Position numbers and translations under genes: made by a program. Positions 6,706 to 10,810 of a DNA stretch of 10,810 bases are shown here, one piece after another. The notes beneath the pieces were generated by a model that searched no databases, had not been told where the DNA came from, and saw only the letters and a list, made by a program, of their open reading frames with translations. Where the stretch lies: assembly GCA_033764315.1 (NCBI GenBank), contig JANRJA010000109.1, positions 1 through 10,810 of the forward strand. The letters are read 5' to 3'. Position 1 is the first letter of the stretch, and each line of letters opens with the position of its first letter. The DNA comes from Oculatellaceae cyanobacterium bins.114. Its GTDB lineage: Bacteria; Cyanobacteriota; Cyanobacteriia; Elainellales; Elainellaceae.

Positions 6706-6727
6706 TCGCGTCTCTTCCTATTCGCCT
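6680..6727. repeat. Perfect 48-bp palindrome (extended REP) spanning the stop codon; possible terminator or RNA stabiliser
   Basis: AGGCGAATAGGAAGAGACGCGATT|AATCGCGTCTCTTCCTATTCGCCT, with no loop. Confidence 0.9.
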
Positions 6728-6810
6728 CTTGCTGAATCCTTATCCTTTCCCCTCAAGTCGCGCTATAACAAACTCATCACCATTCTCCATCAATAGAAAA
6801 ACTGGGATGT

Positions 6811-9800
6811 ATGACCAGGGATATCTTTTTAGGACGCACTGAAGAACAGGCACAGTTTCGTCGAACCCTACGATCGCACCTACCTCATTGGATATCCAAA
6901 CACCTCCCCACCGTTTCTAAACTCTTCATTCAACCCAGCGATCGCCACTCTTTGCCCAACATCCTGTTGTTTCATGGCGAGGGAGGCATGGGCAAGACAA
7001 GCCTGGTGAAGCAACTGCGGAGAATCGTGGAGACAGAGAAGGAGTTTCAGAACCACTTCAAGGTCTTGTTCCTGGATTGGGAGGCGAAACAAAAGCTAAC
7101 ACTGGACTTGAAGGTGGGGCATGACTACATCCGTCCTGAAACGATCTTGGCGGAGTTGCACAAAGCGTTGGACGATGAGGGATGGGGCAGCTATTTTGAA
7201 CCCTATCGCAAGCTGATTAAGGAGATCCAGCGGATTGAGGAGCGAGTCGAACAGGCACTGCGATCGCAACCGGAGTTAAACCTGCCGAAGGAGGTGAGCA
7301 ACCTCGGTGCGAAGGGCATCGCCTGGATCATTCGCCAATCGACTGGGCTATCCCCTGACGCAGCGGTGATTGAGCAAACGCTGAAGGTCAGTGCTGAGAG
7401 TCTATATCAAGCACGGCAATTTGTGCAAAAGGCGGTCTCTCACAATCAACGAGATTTTGACACCTACGCCCAACCCCACGAACGACTGGCAGAGGCACTG
7501 GGCAAGGGCATGGCGGAGTTGGCGCAGGCAAAGCGGCAACCCCTGGTCGTGTTGTTGGACACTTACGAGATTGTCGATCGCCCGGAGTGTGACTATACGC
7601 TGCGGACGGTGGTCAAGTGCGGGGGCGATCGCGTCATCTGGGTGATTGCCGGACGCGCCAACCTGGCAGACAGCGGACAGCGCGGCGACGCTTACTTTCG
7701 CGGCTATAAGCGCGACTTCCCCGAAGACCGGATCTACGCCAAAGCCATGAGCGAGTTTGGCTTAGACGAGATTCAAGCCTATTTTCAGCAGGTGGTGGGC
7801 GATTACCCCAGAGGGGGAACTGCTTCGCACCGCCCCATTACTCCCGCTCAAGCTGAGGCATTGGCTCGCTTTAGTTTGGGCGTTCCCTTTGTGATCAGCG
7901 AAGCCGCTGCCATGTGGCGCGAGGGCAAACCGATTGACGACATTGTGGAACCTGTGCCCATGCAGCTAGGCACCCTGTCGCCGCGTGAACAGGTGATCAA
8001 GGCAACCAGTGAGCGGTTTTTGATGCACTGCTTTAGTGCCAAAGAGCGAGAGCGCGACTTGCAGGCGGTGTATGCGCTGGCGATGATGCGTCGTCCGAGT
8101 GTGGAGTTGCTCAAAGCCATGCTGGATGTGACGGATTTGAACCGGGAGTTGCAAGCCCTGCGCGATCGCTATTCCTTTATCTGGGTCGAGCAGGTACGGT
8201 TGGATGAGAAACTCGCCAAGTTTTTGCGCGACTACCTGTTGGCAGAAGTGCGGCGCACCACCCCGATGGTGCAACAGGTAAACGATCGCGCTATTGCCTG
8301 GTTGCAACTCTGCATCGAAGACCAGAGCCGCGAGTGGAGCGACACCGCCGATCGCCTCAACCAGGAACGTCTTGCCGAAAGCATTACCGACCTGATCTAT
8401 CACAGCTTTTGGCGCAGTGAAACGGAGGGATGGAAATATCTCGTACCCCGTTTCATTGAGGGGTGGCAATATAACCGGAGTTGGACGCGCAGTGTCTTAG
8501 ATAGCCTTGCCCCCATTACCCCCACGCTGGGTCGTGAGACACAACAGCACCTGAGGTTAATGACCAATGCCCTCAGCAACTCCCCCGACCTGGAAGAACT
8601 GCGTGCGCTGTTGACGGAGTTAGAGAAACAACTGCCGCGTTTGGGGTTAGATAGCACAACAACCGTCGAACTCAACGCCATCTTGCTCTTGCAACGGGGA
8701 CGCTTGCACCATCTCCAGGGCAAATATCACGAGGCATTGCAGACCTATCTAACCGTTGAGCCTCAACTGCCGGAACTAGCTTTAACCCTGAGAAAACACC
8801 TAGCGGATGAATTTGATAGCGTTGGTTTAGAACTGGGCTGGAAACCCGACAAATCGGATAGTATTGCTTCCCCCAATGCCAAACTTGCCTTTGAAAGAGC
8901 CGTTACTCTTGACCCCACCCATGCTTCAGCTTGGTATCGATTAGGTGGAATTCAATTAAGATTAGGTGAGCTTGAATCAGCAGTTAATAGCTGTAGAAAA
9001 AGCCTTGGGTTGAATTCCGAAAACTCTTATACATACAACGGTTTAGGACTTGTATTGCAAAAACAAGGACAGCTACCAGAGGCGATCGCCGCTTACCACA
9101 AAGCCATTGACCTCAACCCAGACGATGCCACCGCTTACAACAATCTGGGCATTGCGCTAAAAGCCAACCAACAGCTAAATGAGGCGATCGCCGCTTACCA
9201 CAAAGCCATTGACCTCAACCCAGACTATGCAACTGCTTACAACAATCTGGGCAATGCGCTACAAGCCAACCAACAGCTAAATGAGGCGATCGCCGCTTAC
9301 CACAAAGCCATTGAACTCAACCCAGACTATGCAAACGCTTACTACAATCTGGGCAATGCGCTATCAGACAATCAACAGCTAACAGAGGCGATCGAAGCTT
9401 ACAAAAAAGCCATTGACCTCAACCCTGACTATGCCACTGCTTACTACAATCTGGGCATTGCACTAAAAGCCAACCAACAGCTACCTGAGGCGATCGAAGC
9501 TTACAAAAAAGCCATCGACCTCAACCCAAATGATGGTGACGCTTATGATAATTTAGGGACTGTTTTATCTAGCCAAGGACAATTAGACAGAGCATTAGAA
9601 GCTCACCAAAAGGCACTAGAGCTAGGTACTACCGACAAGTCTATTACTTATCGGAACTATGCTTATGTCCTCCACCAATTAAAAGAATATGTTCAGGCGA
9701 TCGCCGCTTACCACAAAGCCATTGACCTCAACCCCGACTATGCCACCGCTTATAACAATCTGGGCAATGCGCTACAAGCCAACCAACAACTACCTGAGGC

Positions 9801-9819
9801 GATCGCCGCTTACAAATAA
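6811..9819 (+). CDS. STAND-like P-loop NTPase with C-terminal TPRs, 5' part (ends at a frameshift)
   Basis: FLGRTEE pre-motif, Walker A GEGGMGKT, Walker B VVLLDTYE, IAGR and a GxP-like LGVP. Helical region followed by about 10 TPRs. The ORF stops in the middle of a TPR at TAC AAA TAA. Confidence 0.85.
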   Translation: MTRDIFLGRTEEQAQFRRTLRSHLPHWISKHLPTVSKLFIQPSDRHSLPNILLFHGEGGMGKTSLVKQLRRIVETEKEFQNHFKVLFLDWEAKQKLTLDLKVGHDYIRPETILAELHKALDDEGWGSYFEPYRKLIKEIQRIEERVEQALRSQPELNLPKEVSNLGAKGIAWIIRQSTGLSPDAAVIEQTLKVSAESLYQARQFVQKAVSHNQRDFDTYAQPHERLAEALGKGMAELAQAKRQPLVVLLDTYEIVDRPECDYTLRTVVKCGGDRVIWVIAGRANLADSGQRGDAYFRGYKRDFPEDRIYAKAMSEFGLDEIQAYFQQVVGDYPRGGTASHRPITPAQAEALARFSLGVPFVISEAAAMWREGKPIDDIVEPVPMQLGTLSPREQVIKATSERFLMHCFSAKERERDLQAVYALAMMRRPSVELLKAMLDVTDLNRELQALRDRYSFIWVEQVRLDEKLAKFLRDYLLAEVRRTTPMVQQVNDRAIAWLQLCIEDQSREWSDTADRLNQERLAESITDLIYHSFWRSETEGWKYLVPRFIEGWQYNRSWTRSVLDSLAPITPTLGRETQQHLRLMTNALSNSPDLEELRALLTELEKQLPRLGLDSTTTVELNAILLLQRGRLHHLQGKYHEALQTYLTVEPQLPELALTLRKHLADEFDSVGLELGWKPDKSDSIASPNAKLAFERAVTLDPTHASAWYRLGGIQLRLGELESAVNSCRKSLGLNSENSYTYNGLGLVLQKQGQLPEAIAAYHKAIDLNPDDATAYNNLGIALKANQQLNEAIAAYHKAIDLNPDYATAYNNLGNALQANQQLNEAIAAYHKAIELNPDYANAYYNLGNALSDNQQLTEAIEAYKKAIDLNPDYATAYYNLGIALKANQQLPEAIEAYKKAIDLNPNDGDAYDNLGTVLSSQGQLDRALEAHQKALELGTTDKSITYRNYAYVLHQLKEYVQAIAAYHKAIDLNPDYATAYNNLGNALQANQQLPEAIAAYK

Positions 9820-10060
9820 AGCCATTGACCTCAACCCAGACTATGCCACCGCTTACTACAATCTGGGCAATGCGCTACAAGCCAACCAACAGCTACCTGA
9901 GGCGATCGCCGCTTACCAAAAAGCCATCAACCTCAAGTCTGACGATGCTGATGCTTACATTGGCTTGGGCAATGCACTATCAGACAACCAACAGCTTCCA
10001 GAGGCGATCGCCGCTTACCAAAAAGCCATCGACCTCAAGTCTGATGATGCTGATGCTCAC
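9070..10060 (+). repeat. 102-bp tandem DNA repeats encoding 34-aa TPRs
   Basis: GCGATCG anchors at 9082, 9184, 9286, 9388 and 9490, then a divergent unit, then 9697, 9799, 9902 and 10004. Spacing is 102 bp within each block, except 103 bp across the frameshift. Confidence 0.95.
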
Positions 10061-10465
10061 AACGGTCTGGGTTGGGTCTATCTCTTAAAGGGTGAGCTAG
10101 AGCAAGCAAAGGTGCAATTTGAGACTGCCATCCAACTCGATGCAAACTATTACAGTCCTGTTCTCAATCTGGGTCTAGTCTATGCCCTACAAGGCGATCA
10201 GGAGGAAACGAGAAACTACAAACAAAGAGGATTAGCCTTATGGAAAGAAACAGATGATTGGGATGAGGCAAACCAAGCATTGTGTATCTTCGCATTAGGA
10301 GAACCTGAGCAAGGCATGGCTGAGATGCAAGCGGTAATTCAATCAGGAATATCAGTGGAAATACTGAAAGATGCGCTAAAGGGTGCCGAGATGCTGGTAC
10401 GGTGTCCGGTGAAGCCAGAGGGCATTGATCAGATGGTGGAGATGTTGCGAGGGGCGATTCATTGA
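9818..10465 (+). pseudogene. Out-of-frame continuation of the TPR array (3' part of the NTPase-TPR gene)
   Basis: The frame of ORF 9689..10465 reads KAIDLNPDYATAYYNLG... from 9818. Removing one base at about 9817 gives a single ORF of about 1217 aa. Confidence 0.85.
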
Positions 10466-10630
10466 TCCTCCCTAACCCTCTTTAGATCCTCCCTAACCCT
10501 CCTTAAAAAGGAGGGAACGGGATTGGAAGTCCCCCTTTTTAAGGGGGATTTAGGGGGATCTATCAGGGTTTGGACATCTCAGCTAAGATCTGTGTACACA
10601 GTAGCTTACCAAGGGGAGGTGCCGTGAGGA
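10464..10630. repeat. Composite cyanobacterial repeat/MITE remnant between convergent genes
   Basis: GATCCTCCCTAACCCTC is duplicated (10464, 10485). Hairpins at 10497-10515 and 10530-10548 lie within AGATCCTCCCTAA / TTAGGGGGATCT arms. Palindrome CTGTGTACACAG at 10590-10601. AAGGGGAGGTGCC (10611-10623) is shared with 2956-2968. Confidence 0.75.
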
Positions 10631-10638
10631 CACCTGCC

Positions 10639-10810
10639 TCAAGCGCTCTCTAGCGGAGCCATGGTTAACCCTGCCCGACCTAGTTGCATGTGATATAGCT
10701 CTGCCTGCTCCAACGGACCTACCCAGACGATCGCTTGTCCCTCGAAATGCACCTGGTTGGTTAGCTCCCAGGCACGATCGCTGGTCATGTTGGGGATATA
10801 TTTCATCAAG
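10639..10810 (-). CDS. clpS: ATP-dependent Clp protease adaptor ClpS, C-terminal part
   Basis: Not in the ORF track. Manual translation gives LMKYIPNMTSDRAWELTNQVHFEGQAIVWVGPLEQAELYHMQLGRAGLTMAPLESA*, which matches cyanobacterial ClpS. The start is outside the window. Confidence 0.93.
   Translation of the reverse strand, partial: LMKYIPNMTSDRAWELTNQVHFEGQAIVWVGPLEQAELYHMQLGRAGLTMAPLESA

Noticed and set aside
6880..8723. Antisense and alternative-frame ORFs in the NTPase gene, including the 167-aa ORF
   Set aside because: They are expected shadows in GC-rich coding DNA and have no motifs.
9070..10060. A complete diversity-generating retroelement
   Set aside because: There is no reverse transcriptase, accessory gene or separate template repeat in the window, and some variation (GAT/TAT, C/T silent changes) is not at adenines.
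9689..10465. Independent 258-aa TPR gene
   Set aside because: The first ~43 residues are an out-of-frame reading of the repeats. It is the frameshifted tail of the upstream gene.

Overview
Cyanobacterial genomic window: about two dozen perfect HIP1 octamers (GCGATCGC), typical cyanobacterial dispersed repeats, and a cyanobacterial-type clpS. In order, it contains: the left end and first codons of a probable IS630-family transposase (minus strand, running off the left edge); a probably secreted FAD-dependent oxidoreductase (minus); an AT-richer, HIP1-free tandem SAM-methyltransferase; a roughly 800-bp intergenic tract packed with REP-like elements and TA-bounded MITEs, including a nested insertion at a CTAG target and hairpins with compensatory changes; the overlapping TIGR04282/TIGR04283 glycosyltransferase pair; a STAND-like P-loop NTPase with a large TPR array built from near-identical 102-bp DNA repeats and split by a 1-bp insertion; and the 3' part of clpS (minus, running off the right edge). 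The most unusual signals are two tiny in-frame insertions inside genes (27 bp into a HIP1 site, and 66 bp flanked by a 7-bp direct repeat), MITEs that share ends but carry different hairpin cores, a loopless 48-bp palindrome centred on a stop codon, and the NLR-like TPR array with variable columns. Family assignments come from motif recognition, not database searches.
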